IMG/VR virus record: IMGVR_UViG_3300043466_002831
Span: 57,364 to 121,363 of that record
DNA length: 64,000 bases
From: a virus
Taxonomy: Duplodnaviria > Heunggongvirae > Uroviricota > Caudoviricetes
Strand: one strand, 5' to 3'
Position numbers and translations under genes: made by a program. The notes under the pieces were generated by a model, which was not told the origin of the DNA, made no database searches, and was given only the letters and a program-made list of their open reading frames with translations. Positions 35,433-44,817 of this stretch are shown here, one piece after another (position 1 is the first letter of the stretch; every line of letters starts with the position of its first letter).

Positions 35433-35786
35433 ATGAAACATATATTAAACGATTTATCAAACGAAGAAAAAAATAGTATTCGTGAACAACATACTGGAGG
35501 AATGAAGGTTATGACCGAAAGTTTCTCAAGATTGTTAAACGCCAAACTTGGTGATGCAAAACCATTAGTTAATGAAGCTGAGGAAGATGATGACTCAGGT
35601 GTGGTTGTTGATTCAACCAAAATTGAATCTGAAGACATGAAGTGTTTTGTTGACATTAGTGCTGAAGAAGCAAAAAAAGTTGGTTTGAATCATGGTGGAA
35701 AATACAAAGTAAAGAAAAAAGGTTGTCGTACCAAAGTTAAATACAAAGGTCCAAAACAAAAATATTACAATAACAATGGATTTTAA
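35433..35786 (+). CDS. hypothetical protein
   Basis: 117-aa ORF with a Lys-rich C-terminus. Confidence 0.45.
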   Translation: MKHILNDLSNEEKNSIREQHTGGMKVMTESFSRLLNAKLGDAKPLVNEAEEDDDSGVVVDSTKIESEDMKCFVDISAEEAKKVGLNHGGKYKVKKKGCRTKVKYKGPKQKYYNNNGF

Positions 35787-35803
35787 ATAAAACAAAATAA
35801 AAT

Positions 35804-36754
35804 ATGAAAAAATTAGTAAGATTAACTGAATCAGATTTAGTTAGAATCATTGAAAAAGTAATTTCCGAACAAGATACTGTTGGAGGTAATTTCCAACAAG
35901 GCGTACAATCGGGTCAACAAGCGGGTCAACAAGCAAGACAGGCGGTTAATAAAGTTGCTGGAGATGTTGCTCAAGGGGCTAAAAAAGTTGGGACTGCGGC
36001 GGTACAAGCTGGAGTTGCAACATTACAAGGAGCAAAACAAGTTGCAATCACTATTGGTAAAGTTACATTTTATGCGGTTATAACTGCAGGTGTTGTGGTG
36101 TTTTTGATTGGTAAAGGAATTTATAAAGTTGGTGCTGCCGTTGGTAATGCAATTATTAAATTTTTAGCTGCGACAGGTAAGGCAACCGTATCAGCAGCAA
36201 CCGCAGTTGGTCAAAAAGCCCTTGGAGGTTTACAGGCGGCAGGGATTGCAATTGGTAAAGGAGCTCAATTTGTGGCACAACAATTAGGTCAAATGAAAGA
36301 CTCTACAGTTTCTTTTGTTAAATGGATGATTAACCAATTTAAACAATTTGGTACTGCTGCTTGGGCAAAGATTTTGGTTGCTGCAAGTCAAGTTAAAGAA
36401 TGGGGTTCTGCTCTTGCAGGATTTCTAAAACAAAGTTGGAATACCATTGCAAGTAAAGTTGGTGTTGCTTGGGACCAAGCGGCCAATTGGGCATCAGGTA
36501 AATTAAATCAAATCAAACAGGGTGTACAAACCGCAGCATCAGCAGTTAAATCAGGTGTGAAAAATGCGGCATCCGCAGTTAAGTCAGGAGTTCAAAACGT
36601 CGCAAACAGTGCGGCAAATGCAGCTGGAAATGTTTGGGGTGGCGTTAAAGGATTCTTTACTGAAATGTTTGAAAGATACCTTTCATTTGAAGGAACAAAT
36701 ATATTAGAAATAATCTCTGAAGCGGCAGCTTATAACGGTAAATCAATTTTATAA
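35804..36754 (+). CDS. NTM family protein (RLTE variant) with Ala/Gly/Gln-rich helical repeats and one TM segment
   Basis: MKKLVRLTESDLVRIIEKVISEQ; repeated AAVKSGVKNAASAVKSGVQNV; hydrophobic VTFYAVITAGVVVFLIG. Confidence 0.65.
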   Translation: MKKLVRLTESDLVRIIEKVISEQDTVGGNFQQGVQSGQQAGQQARQAVNKVAGDVAQGAKKVGTAAVQAGVATLQGAKQVAITIGKVTFYAVITAGVVVFLIGKGIYKVGAAVGNAIIKFLAATGKATVSAATAVGQKALGGLQAAGIAIGKGAQFVAQQLGQMKDSTVSFVKWMINQFKQFGTAAWAKILVAASQVKEWGSALAGFLKQSWNTIASKVGVAWDQAANWASGKLNQIKQGVQTAASAVKSGVKNAASAVKSGVQNVANSAANAAGNVWGGVKGFFTEMFERYLSFEGTNILEIISEAAAYNGKSIL

Positions 36755-36755
36755 T

Positions 36756-37193
36756 ATGAAACGAGTGGTAAAATTAAATGAGAGTGATATCGCTCGAATT
36801 GTAAATAAAGTTATTAGCGAACAAGAAGATAGAACAGGTGATTTATACGCATCAATCAATAGTTTAATTGATGATGAGTATAATGATGTTAATTATGAAG
36901 ATGTTGCAAATGTTCTTGAAAATATTTTAAGAGGTATTAAGGCACAAGCTCACAGAAACAAAAAAGGTATGAAACCAATTTCAAAAGATGATATTTTGAA
37001 AAACTGGGGTTTAAATGAACAGGAAGAGGAATCAAGACCTTTCCTTAAAAGAATTATTGCGAAGTTAAAGGGCGTATCAGAAAAACAAATTAGATATAAT
37101 ATGGAACATGATTTACCTTGGGATTGGAATGGTTCAAAAGAAGGTTACTATGAAAAAATGGAACCAAGAAAAAGACACACAGGTTCAAACTAA
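36756..37193 (+). CDS. NTM family protein (RLTE variant)
   Basis: MKRVVKLNESDIARIVNKVISEQ. Confidence 0.65.
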   Translation: MKRVVKLNESDIARIVNKVISEQEDRTGDLYASINSLIDDEYNDVNYEDVANVLENILRGIKAQAHRNKKGMKPISKDDILKNWGLNEQEEESRPFLKRIIAKLKGVSEKQIRYNMEHDLPWDWNGSKEGYYEKMEPRKRHTGSN

Positions 37194-37200
37194 TATTATA

Positions 37201-37226
37201 ACCCATCTCACAAGGATGGGTTTTTT
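37201..37226 (+). terminator. rho-independent terminator
   Basis: CCCATC-TCACAAG-GATGGG followed by TTTTTTT. Confidence 0.75.
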
Positions 37227-37357
37227 TATTTCTTTTCTTGAGATTCTTTGATTCTGATTGCTTCTTCAATCATTCTACCTTCATCTCCACCGTATTTGCA
37301 AGAACAGGTACTTCTTCCATTCTCAGCCAAAATTTGTTTTGCTTCTTGTATTGTCAT
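37226..37357 (-). CDS. hypothetical small protein (about 43 aa)
   Basis: Minus-strand MTIQEAKQILAENGRSTCSCKYGGDEGRM... preceded, on the minus strand, by the conserved TATTTATTAATATG motif. Confidence 0.4.
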   Translation of the reverse strand: MTIQEAKQILAENGRSTCSCKYGGDEGRMIEEAIRIKESQEKK

Positions 37358-37430
37358 ATTAATAAATATTATTGGAAATTTTTTTATAAACATTTGGAAA
37401 AAATAAATCTTATAACTATTTTTAGGTAAT

Positions 37431-37652
37431 ATGAAAATAGAAATTACAAAAAACTGCACATGTGAACACTACCTTCACGAAATCATGAACTATCCAAGGC
37501 CAGGTTTGGGTAAACTTAAAAAAGATTTTAAGGTTGGAGAACAATATGAAGTGGACACTAAATGGAGTAATTTCTATGGGGAATATTATAGAGTAAAAGG
37601 AGACGGATTTTATCATGATGTCTCTGTAAGTAATTGTAAACTTTTAAATTAA
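37431..37652 (+). CDS. hypothetical small protein
   Basis: 73-aa ORF. Confidence 0.45.
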   Translation: MKIEITKNCTCEHYLHEIMNYPRPGLGKLKKDFKVGEQYEVDTKWSNFYGEYYRVKGDGFYHDVSVSNCKLLN

Positions 37653-37896
37653 ATAAAATGGATAACTACCCTAAATGGATTAATAACCTAATCTACTTTT
37701 TAGCAGGTATTGGTTTTTATGGAACCCTAATAACCTTTTTGTAATGAAAATATTATTAGGAATTTTATTAACCCCAGCTATACTATGGGGATGGATTGTC
37801 ACAGTAACTTACCTGTATCATCGATTTAAATCGAAAGGATAGACCCTGAACATAAAGTTTGGGGTTTTTTTATTTTTAAGGTATTTATTGATAACA

Positions 37897-38730
37897 ATGG
37901 TAAGGAATTATAATACTATATTAAACGAAGAATTGGATTTATCTGGATACTCTGACGAGGACTTCATTGAAGTTTTTGTTGAATACTTTAGACCATGGAT
38001 TAGAAAAACTCATGGTGATGAGATTGGTAAGTATCCTATGTCATTATTGGTTAAAAAATACCTTGAAGAGTTTAATCAAGATTATGGTGTCGATAGTTAC
38101 TTAGGATATGGTAATATGTTAGGTAAAATGGCTAAGGTTGGTTTTGCCTTGGCACAAAAAGGCGTTAAAGAACTTCCATCACTTAACAAAGGGTTTTTAT
38201 TCACTGAGAAATTTAAAAAAATTATTGACCATTTCTTTTCTCAGTATAATTTTCCTGATTTTGTGAAAATGCATTTTGAGGAAAATTCACCATTTAACGT
38301 GTATGGGTATTTGGTGGTTGAATTTGAACCAGCAATGAAATATGAAGGTAATTTGAATGAGATTAGTAAATTTGGAACAGAGTTTGTAAAATTTATTGAA
38401 AATTATTTAGGTTTTGAACGTGGAAGTACCGCTCATGGTAAATTAAATATTAACATGGGAACCCCAAGATTTGTTGGGCAAGAAGAATGGATTAATAAGT
38501 TTTTTAATAAAACATTTAAAAAAGAAATTAAAAAACTTCCATATACTCAATCATATTTACACTCAGTCAAATTAGAAATTCAAGCATATCATGGTGTATA
38601 TAGTAAAATACTTTTAACATTTAAAAGGAGTGCCAGTTGGACTGCCGAAAATAGAATTAGTGAGGAAATTAAAGGTTATCTACAAGGTTTAGGATATAAC
38701 ACCAATAACTTACGAGTTGAAAAAAAATAA
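37897..38730 (+). CDS. hypothetical protein
   Basis: ATG at 37897 (MVRNYNTIL...); the track start is TTG. Confidence 0.5.
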   Translation: MVRNYNTILNEELDLSGYSDEDFIEVFVEYFRPWIRKTHGDEIGKYPMSLLVKKYLEEFNQDYGVDSYLGYGNMLGKMAKVGFALAQKGVKELPSLNKGFLFTEKFKKIIDHFFSQYNFPDFVKMHFEENSPFNVYGYLVVEFEPAMKYEGNLNEISKFGTEFVKFIENYLGFERGSTAHGKLNINMGTPRFVGQEEWINKFFNKTFKKEIKKLPYTQSYLHSVKLEIQAYHGVYSKILLTFKRSASWTAENRISEEIKGYLQGLGYNTNNLRVEKK

Positions 38731-38735
38731 GACTT

Positions 38736-38873
38736 ATGGAAGAGTGGGATGTAAATGAATATCAAGGTCGAAGACGAGACCAAGTTGAAAAATCTTACAA
38801 AATAACCTTTGCGTCTTTGGGTTTGTTTCTATCAGGAGTAATTGCAATATTATTGTATTTATATATAAAATAA
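38736..38873 (+). CDS. tiny membrane peptide (45 aa)
   Basis: MEEWDVNEYQGRRRDQVEKSYKITFASLGLFLSGVIAILLYLYIK. Confidence 0.25.
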   Translation: MEEWDVNEYQGRRRDQVEKSYKITFASLGLFLSGVIAILLYLYIK

Positions 38874-38876
38874 ATC

Positions 38877-38996
38877 ATGGCAAAAGCACGAAAAGAAGGT
38901 AAAAAGAAAAGGAATCGAGGTAATTTGACTAAAAACCTTAAAAGAATCCAAAAAGTTAATGAATTATTGAATAAATTAAAGAAACCCCTTAAATAA
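38877..38996 (+). CDS. tiny basic peptide (39 aa)
   Basis: MAKARKEGKKKRNRGNLTKNLKRIQK...; the stop is embedded in the terminator hairpin. Confidence 0.25.
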   Translation: MAKARKEGKKKRNRGNLTKNLKRIQKVNELLNKLKKPLK

Positions 38997-39006
38997 GGGG
39001 TTTTTT
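38985..39006 (+). terminator. rho-independent terminator
   Basis: CCCCTT-AAAT-AAGGGG followed by TTTTTT. Confidence 0.75.
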
Positions 39007-39047
39007 ATTTGATAAAAAATCACTATATTTTAAAAAAGTACTAAAAT

Positions 39048-39494
39048 ATGAGTGAAAATATCGTTACATGGGATTTTATGGGTTGGCAAGAAACCACCGC
39101 ACCTGATGTTGGTGTTCAATTGAACTGGAATAAGACATTATTGGAGAAATTTACCCAAATTTCTGCTCAAATTAACCGAAATTCACGAAGAGGTGGTGTG
39201 GATACTATCACAATGTACCCAGCTCTTGAGGGATTACTCCATCCAGATTACTATGACAACCATAGAAAGGTGTTAATGGGCAGTATTAATGTCATTTTGG
39301 ACGAAAATGTTGACAAATACGCCATAAAACTCGAAAATTTAACAATTTTAGAGAATTTAAAGACAATTCCCGACACAAGTATACCTGGTGAAATTACTTT
39401 TAAACCATTAAATGAATGTTCAGAAGAACAAGTCGTTAACTACATTGAGGGATTAATTGGATTTGTGATTATTGAAAATTTAACCGTAAATTAA
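39048..39494 (+). CDS. hypothetical protein
   Basis: 148-aa ORF. Confidence 0.5.
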   Translation: MSENIVTWDFMGWQETTAPDVGVQLNWNKTLLEKFTQISAQINRNSRRGGVDTITMYPALEGLLHPDYYDNHRKVLMGSINVILDENVDKYAIKLENLTILENLKTIPDTSIPGEITFKPLNECSEEQVVNYIEGLIGFVIIENLTVN

Positions 39495-39500
39495 AGAATT

Positions 39501-39686
39501 ATGACAAAAACCATCACAATAGAGGGTGAGGACTATACTATTACTGACGAACAAACAATTCATTCGGGTGAATTGTTAGTTTTTGAGATTAGAAATTATC
39601 GAGACGAAAAATCTGAATTTGTTATTGGTAACTTTGACGACTTACTTGGTTCTCCAATCAAGAAAGTTTGGAAAATATTACAATAA
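39501..39686 (+). CDS. hypothetical small protein
   Basis: 61-aa ORF. Confidence 0.35.
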   Translation: MTKTITIEGEDYTITDEQTIHSGELLVFEIRNYRDEKSEFVIGNFDDLLGSPIKKVWKILQ

Positions 39687-39719
39687 GAATGATATTTATT
39701 ATAGAATTAAATTTCTATA

Positions 39720-39971
39720 ATGAAAAGAACAATTAAATTACGTGAATCCGAAATGGTGTCTCTTATTAAACAAGTGTTGAGTGAGGAGTATAACCCTGAA
39801 AAACTTTACAGTCGTAATTATGTTGTTTTTAAATTAAAACAAGGTCCAAGGGAACTAAAAAGATTCATTAAAGATTTACCACATATTGATTGTGTTGATG
39901 GTAGTGGTAATCCACATACTTGCACAAAAGTACCTGAAGTAGTTCACGTTTTTTTACAAGGGAGGTACTAA
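39720..39971 (+). CDS. NTM family protein (RLTE variant, small)
   Basis: MKRTIKLRESEMVSLIKQVLSEE. Confidence 0.6.
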   Translation: MKRTIKLRESEMVSLIKQVLSEEYNPEKLYSRNYVVFKLKQGPRELKRFIKDLPHIDCVDGSGNPHTCTKVPEVVHVFLQGRY

Positions 39972-39972
39972 A

Positions 39973-40290
39973 ATGAAAGAAAAATTAATTAAAGGATTTG
40001 AAAAATTAATTAATTCGGATGTTATTAAAAATATATATCCGATGATTGACCATATTGATATTGATAGTGTCGATGAACATCCTTTGTATGTAGGATATAT
40101 AATGTTCATTAAAATTTATTTAAATGACCCATCAATTAATGAGGACAATATGTATGAATTAAATTTTGACCCACATTATTTGGCGGAACACCATATCAAA
40201 CAATTTTCAAAATATCTTGGATTAGACTTACCTACTGTTAACTTTGCGGTATATGGTCCTGATAAGAATTTAATCACATATTGGGGTTAA
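39973..40290 (+). CDS. hypothetical protein
   Basis: 105-aa ORF. Confidence 0.45.
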   Translation: MKEKLIKGFEKLINSDVIKNIYPMIDHIDIDSVDEHPLYVGYIMFIKIYLNDPSINEDNMYELNFDPHYLAEHHIKQFSKYLGLDLPTVNFAVYGPDKNLITYWG

Positions 40291-40351
40291 TTTTTTTTTA
40301 CATTTCCAAGACACACTTTCCAACTTTTCTTGTCTATATTTGTATTCGTAA

Positions 40352-40747
40352 ATGAAAAAAATATTACTACTAACCTTATTACTCCCAATACAACTGTTAT
40401 CACAGTATGTAAAAACACCAACTCACTTTGATAGTGAGGGAACATCCAAAAACATTATCAAGGGACATGTTAAAATGTTTTTAAAAGACACTGTTGTATA
40501 TACTGTTGAGAAAAAAAATGAAAGGTTTGTAACCAGTTGGTTACCACCATCTCAAGTAGAAAATAAATTGAACAAAGTTTTCGATTTAGGTAAGTTAGAA
40601 TACGTTAGTCGAACTAACGGGGGTTACATTTTTTCTATTGCGGTCATTAACAAAACTGATGATACAAAGGTAATCAACTATTGTAAGTTCCATGTTGATA
40701 GGATAACACAAAAGATTGAAGAGATAGAGATTTTAATTGGTGAATAA
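40352..40747 (+). CDS. secreted protein or lipoprotein
   Basis: Signal peptide MKKILLLTLLLPIQLLSQ. Confidence 0.5.
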   Translation: MKKILLLTLLLPIQLLSQYVKTPTHFDSEGTSKNIIKGHVKMFLKDTVVYTVEKKNERFVTSWLPPSQVENKLNKVFDLGKLEYVSRTNGGYIFSIAVINKTDDTKVINYCKFHVDRITQKIEEIEILIGE

Positions 40748-40750
40748 TAC

Positions 40751-41866
40751 ATGAAAAAAATAATAATGCTGTTAATGCTTTTGGTCTCCTTAGCAACGGC
40801 GAATGCAAAATGTGATTGGAGCTCACTAAAACTCCAACAATGGAACAATCGTAATGTTTATAAATGGTACGTAAGTGGTCAAGCACTTGACGACACTTGT
40901 GTTGATTGGATGTTTATGGTTTACGATTTTCAAACCAAGAAAACAGATACTGTGTATGATAACAAAGGCATTTGTGAGGTTCAATTTAATGTTAAAGGTA
41001 AATACAAAATGTATTTGAAGGTATGGAACAAATGTGAAAAATGCGACACTACCCTTTACCGTGAAGTAAACATTATTCAATTTCCAGGTGCTAAAGTAAC
41101 TAGTACCCCATCAACTTTAAATTGTAAAAAATATAAGTTTGAGTTGAGTTACATTAAAGGTTTTTCAGTTAAAGACACTTGTATGGATTACTATTTAGTG
41201 TTTTATTCAGGACCTTGGATGGCTAAGATGACTCAAAGTGAGTGGGATAATTTAACTGATTACCAAATCGGAATGGAGTATGATTTTCCAGATGCTGACT
41301 TTATAGATTATACTGAAACACGAATTGTAGATTATACTTTTAAAAACTCAGGTCGTGTGTTGATGATTGCTCAGTGGTATAATAAATGTATTGGTCAGGA
41401 TACATTCATGTTTAGGAAGTTAGATGTTTGTGGAACAACTACAAAGCCTAAATGTGATTGGTCTAAAGTGAAATTAGCCTATAATAACAAATGTAATACT
41501 TATGTTTTTGAATTAGGTTCACTTGATACTTGTATTAGTTATACAACTTATATTTACAATTTCAAAACTCAAAAATGGACCGATACATTTAAAACAAGAA
41601 TTTTTACTAAAACATTTGCCGATACTGGTAAGTATAAATTATATGTTGTAGGCAGAAATAAATGTGGTGGATGTGATACTGCTTATTCTAATTTTGTAAC
41701 CGTAACTTGTCAACCAACATCAAGTGTTAATGAAGTTATTAAAGGTGAACCTAAATTGATTGGAATGTATGATATGATGGGTCGTCCTGTCCATAATGTT
41801 CGTAAAGAAGATATTATAATTTATCTTTACGATAACGGTACAACCAAAAAAGTATTGATACCCTAA
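40751..41866 (+). CDS. secreted protein with duplicated Cys-containing ~90-aa domain and T9SS type-A C-terminal sorting tail
   Basis: Signal peptide MKKIIMLLMLLVSLATANA. Internal duplication KCDWS...KWY...KGKYKMYLKVWNKCEKCDT versus KCDWS...GKYKLYVVGRNKCGGCDT. C-terminus KLIGMYDMMGRPVHNVRKEDIIIYLYDNGTTKKVLIP resembles a Por secretion tail. Confidence 0.6.
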   Translation: MKKIIMLLMLLVSLATANAKCDWSSLKLQQWNNRNVYKWYVSGQALDDTCVDWMFMVYDFQTKKTDTVYDNKGICEVQFNVKGKYKMYLKVWNKCEKCDTTLYREVNIIQFPGAKVTSTPSTLNCKKYKFELSYIKGFSVKDTCMDYYLVFYSGPWMAKMTQSEWDNLTDYQIGMEYDFPDADFIDYTETRIVDYTFKNSGRVLMIAQWYNKCIGQDTFMFRKLDVCGTTTKPKCDWSKVKLAYNNKCNTYVFELGSLDTCISYTTYIYNFKTQKWTDTFKTRIFTKTFADTGKYKLYVVGRNKCGGCDTAYSNFVTVTCQPTSSVNEVIKGEPKLIGMYDMMGRPVHNVRKEDIIIYLYDNGTTKKVLIP

Positions 41867-41900
41867 TCTTTTTTACCTATCATTATCAAAAATACGAGAT

Positions 41901-42332
41901 ATGAGTAAAGTAAAAATTTCTACAAGTAAAGGTGATATGATTGCCGAGTTGTATGACAACGAAACACCAATCACCACAGACAACTTTAAAAGTTTGATTA
42001 GTAAAAAATTCTATGACGGATTGAACTTCCACAGAGTTATTCCAAACTTCGTGGTTCAAGGTGGATGTCCAAATGGAATGGGTAATGGTGGACCAGGATA
42101 CAACATCCCATGTGAAGTAACCGCACCAAAACAATTTCACGAAAAAGGTGTGTTGTCAATGGCTCACGCTGGACGTAATACAGGTGGTTCTCAGTTCTTC
42201 ATCTGTCATAACAGACAAGGAACACAACACCTTGACGGAAACCACACATGTTTTGGTAAAGTTATGGAAGGTCTTGACATCATCGACCAAATCCAACAAG
42301 GAGATAAAATCAATTCAATCGAAATGATTTAA
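41901..42332 (+). CDS. ppiB: cyclophilin-type peptidyl-prolyl cis-trans isomerase
   Basis: FHRVIPNFVVQGG...GPGY...KGVLSMAHAGRNTGGSQFFI...HTCFGKV cyclophilin signature blocks. Confidence 0.8.
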   Translation: MSKVKISTSKGDMIAELYDNETPITTDNFKSLISKKFYDGLNFHRVIPNFVVQGGCPNGMGNGGPGYNIPCEVTAPKQFHEKGVLSMAHAGRNTGGSQFFICHNRQGTQHLDGNHTCFGKVMEGLDIIDQIQQGDKINSIEMI

Positions 42333-42339
42333 TAACTAA

Positions 42340-42364
42340 CCCCACTCAAAAGGTGGGGTTTTTT
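42340..42364 (+). terminator. rho-independent terminator
   Basis: CCCCAC-TCAAAAG-GTGGGG followed by TTTTTT. Confidence 0.8.
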
Positions 42365-42387
42365 GTTTATTAATGTATTTATAGAAT

Positions 42388-43065
42388 ATGGCAAGAGTAG
42401 TAAGACTTACGGAACAAGAATTAACTGGATTACTTCAGAACATTATAAATATGGCTTTTAATCCAAGTAAGTCGTCATCAACAAGTAGTACAAGCTCTAC
42501 GGATTCAGGTGACGATATTGAGGGTACTCCAAAAGACACTTCAATAGGTAAGGTATCTGCCAAAGGACAAGCGTTATTAAATAATCCAATTTTTAAGAAA
42601 AAATTAAAAGAAATATCAAACGCAATTCATATTGATGAAAACTCAATCATTAAATTAATGAAACATGAATCAGGTCTTAATCCTGAAATTAAAAATAGTA
42701 TTGGGTGTGTTGGGTTGATTCAGTTTTGTCCTGGTGGAGGAATGCCAAAAACAATTAATGGTAAGTCATACACTTTGGATGAATTAAGATACGACTTGGA
42801 AGCTCAGATGGATGCGATTAAAGAATTTTGGACTAAAGGATATAACAATGGTAAAATAAAACAACCTGCAGACTTGTATCTTTATAATTTCTTCCCTGTT
42901 GCTGCAGGAAAACCTGATGATTTTGTATTACAAGCTAAAGGGTTATCGGCATCAACTGTGGCTAAGGCTAATCCAGGATTTAATAAAAAATTGGGTAAAC
43001 CTGCTTCATCACCATTAACTGTTGGTGATATGAAACAATATTACCGACAAACAGGGATGGCATAA
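42388..43065 (+). CDS. lytic transglycosylase (SLT domain) with NTM-family N-terminus
   Basis: MARVVRLTEQELTGLLQNIINMA, then an STSSTSSTDS linker, then HESGLNPEIKNSIGCVGLIQF (SLT catalytic-region pattern ES...N...S..GA.GLMQ). Confidence 0.6.
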   Translation: MARVVRLTEQELTGLLQNIINMAFNPSKSSSTSSTSSTDSGDDIEGTPKDTSIGKVSAKGQALLNNPIFKKKLKEISNAIHIDENSIIKLMKHESGLNPEIKNSIGCVGLIQFCPGGGMPKTINGKSYTLDELRYDLEAQMDAIKEFWTKGYNNGKIKQPADLYLYNFFPVAAGKPDDFVLQAKGLSASTVAKANPGFNKKLGKPASSPLTVGDMKQYYRQTGMA

Positions 43066-43067
43066 TC

Positions 43068-43265
43068 ATGTCATTTTTTCAATATTCGATAAGATGGATT
43101 GGTTCTAATATGGCGATGCCATTTTGGATTGTTGGTCACATTCACCTAACAATGAATATCTATGAGGACATTTATGAAGTTATCGCATCGGTTGGGATGA
43201 ATATTATTGTTGGTCTTGCATTTTGGATGGAGTGGAATGACCACAGAAAAAATAAAATCTCTTGA
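43068..43265 (+). CDS. small membrane protein
   Basis: Hydrophobic 65-aa ORF directly after the transglycosylase. Confidence 0.4.
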   Translation: MSFFQYSIRWIGSNMAMPFWIVGHIHLTMNIYEDIYEVIASVGMNIIVGLAFWMEWNDHRKNKIS

Positions 43266-43305
43266 TATACTTTAAATAAGAATTATAATATAAAAAAAAC
43301 ATACA

Positions 43306-43503
43306 ATGGGAGCACAACATTTAACACAACAAGAAAAGGCAAGACTGTACGATGATATGATTATGAGGTATCAAAGACTTGAAGAACAAGTTAGACAAAT
43401 TAAGGCTAAAAACTTCGAAGTTTCTGATGAAGACCAAAGACAAATCAATATCATTGAATCATCAATGAAAAAACTTTTCAACGATAGTCAAAAATTGTTT
43501 TAA
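43306..43503 (+). CDS. small coiled-coil protein
   Basis: 65-aa charged helical ORF. Confidence 0.4.
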   Translation: MGAQHLTQQEKARLYDDMIMRYQRLEEQVRQIKAKNFEVSDEDQRQINIIESSMKKLFNDSQKLF

Positions 43504-43555
43504 TCTAATTTAGGTTTATTTGAATCTAATAAACAAAAACAACATATTTATTAAT

Positions 43556-44056
43556 ATGGGAAAAAGATTTCAACTTACAGAATCAGATAAAGACCAAATT
43601 AAAAAACTTTATCTTATAGAACAGTCCGAAACAAAAGAAGATGACCGTAAATTCTGCCATGGCGGAAACGTAAAGTCTCTTGAAGAAATTGTTGGGGGTG
43701 ACGAAGCCGAAGATTATATTGAAGGTGTTCAGATTAGACCAAATGGTGTTAACGGTTTGGTGGATAAACTTGAGTTATTAAAAACTCTTAGATTACACCC
43801 AAAAGTTTCTGATGGAGGTGAACACTTGGCAAGTGAGATTATGAATCACTTAAAAGGTTTTAAACCTTACAACTATTTTGATGAAACAAAAAAAGAGTGT
43901 GGTTCTGCAATGGATAAGATTATCGAACTTTACAAAGAAAACGAACACGGAGAAGAACTTGTTAAAGACATCGAAAAAGTATATTCAATGAATCACGTGT
44001 CAGCAAGAGCTAAAGAATTTTTAAAACACGGAATGGGAATGATTAAAGGTCATTAA
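43556..44056 (+). CDS. NTM-like family protein
   Basis: MGKRFQLTESDKDQIKKLYLIEQSE from the ATG at 43556, with ATATTTATTAAT upstream. A terminator that overlaps the next track start follows. Confidence 0.55.
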   Translation: MGKRFQLTESDKDQIKKLYLIEQSETKEDDRKFCHGGNVKSLEEIVGGDEAEDYIEGVQIRPNGVNGLVDKLELLKTLRLHPKVSDGGEHLASEIMNHLKGFKPYNYFDETKKECGSAMDKIIELYKENEHGEELVKDIEKVYSMNHVSARAKEFLKHGMGMIKGH

Positions 44057-44088
44057 TTTGATTTTTAAATAAAAAATATCTATATTAA

Positions 44089-44117
44089 TGTCTCACACTT
44101 GTGGGACATTTTTTTTT
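44089..44117 (+). terminator. rho-independent terminator
   Basis: TGTCTCAC-ACTT-GTGGGACA followed by TTTTTTTTT. Confidence 0.65.
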
Positions 44118-44498
44118 ATGGATACTAAGAAACCTGATAACGTTGCGGACAACCCTGGATTATTACCATACGGTACTAATGTCAGTGCACCGTCCATTAA
44201 ACCGACCGATTTAACGACGTTTAAGAAAAACGGTCTCGACAAAGTCACCAAAGTTTTTGACCGACGATACAAAGAAATTGTAGAACAAGCAGAAACCCTC
44301 CAAAAAACGTTTTTAATAACTCAGACGGTATATGAGTCCAAATATAAATTTGAACCGATTATAGGTGAAATATATCACTTATATGAGGATTCAGATGGTG
44401 GGTATTCATTATCAATAATTTCACCGTCAGAGTGGAACAAGAAACATGTTTATTCTGTGGTATTAAATTCAGATATGACATGGACGAAAATCGATTAA
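44118..44498 (+). CDS. hypothetical protein
   Basis: MDTKKPDNV...; the track start 44088 lies inside the terminator hairpin. Confidence 0.45.
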   Translation: MDTKKPDNVADNPGLLPYGTNVSAPSIKPTDLTTFKKNGLDKVTKVFDRRYKEIVEQAETLQKTFLITQTVYESKYKFEPIIGEIYHLYEDSDGGYSLSIISPSEWNKKHVYSVVLNSDMTWTKID

Positions 44499-44503
44499 GA
44501 AAA

Positions 44504-44731
44504 ATGTACCAAAGATTGTTGGACGATTCATATAACAATAGAATGGTCATAACTGAGTTCAGAACATTACCTACAAGTGTATATGATAATGAAAAAGGTG
44601 AATGGGTTCCTGACTCGTATTCTATTTGTGTGACATTAAGAGATAAAAATCCTGAATCGATGAGAGAGTTGGGTATTTGTAACTTATTAGAAAGTACATT
44701 TGGTTTTGAATGTATACTCGATTTTGCCTAG
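44504..44731 (+). CDS. hypothetical small protein
   Basis: MYQRLLDDSYNN... from the internal ATG; the track start is GTG overlapping the upstream gene. Confidence 0.35.
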   Translation: MYQRLLDDSYNNRMVITEFRTLPTSVYDNEKGEWVPDSYSICVTLRDKNPESMRELGICNLLESTFGFECILDFA

Positions 44732-44794
44732 AACTAGTACTAGACTAGTATTTTCATTTTTTATAATATTTTAAGATTTTTATATATTATATTA

Positions 44795-44817
44795 TTATTC
44801 TATAAGAATAATAATTA
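44795..44817. other. perfect 10-bp-arm palindrome TTATTATTCT-ATA-AGAATAATAA in an AT-rich spacer
   Basis: Read directly from the sequence. The nearby ACTAGTACTAGACTAGT is also a near-palindrome. Confidence 0.6.

Noticed and set aside
37238-37429. 63-aa plus ORF opposite the minus ORF 37226-37459
   Set aside because: The minus strand carries the conserved TATTTATTAATATG start cassette and gives a plausible small protein. The plus-frame product is junk-like.
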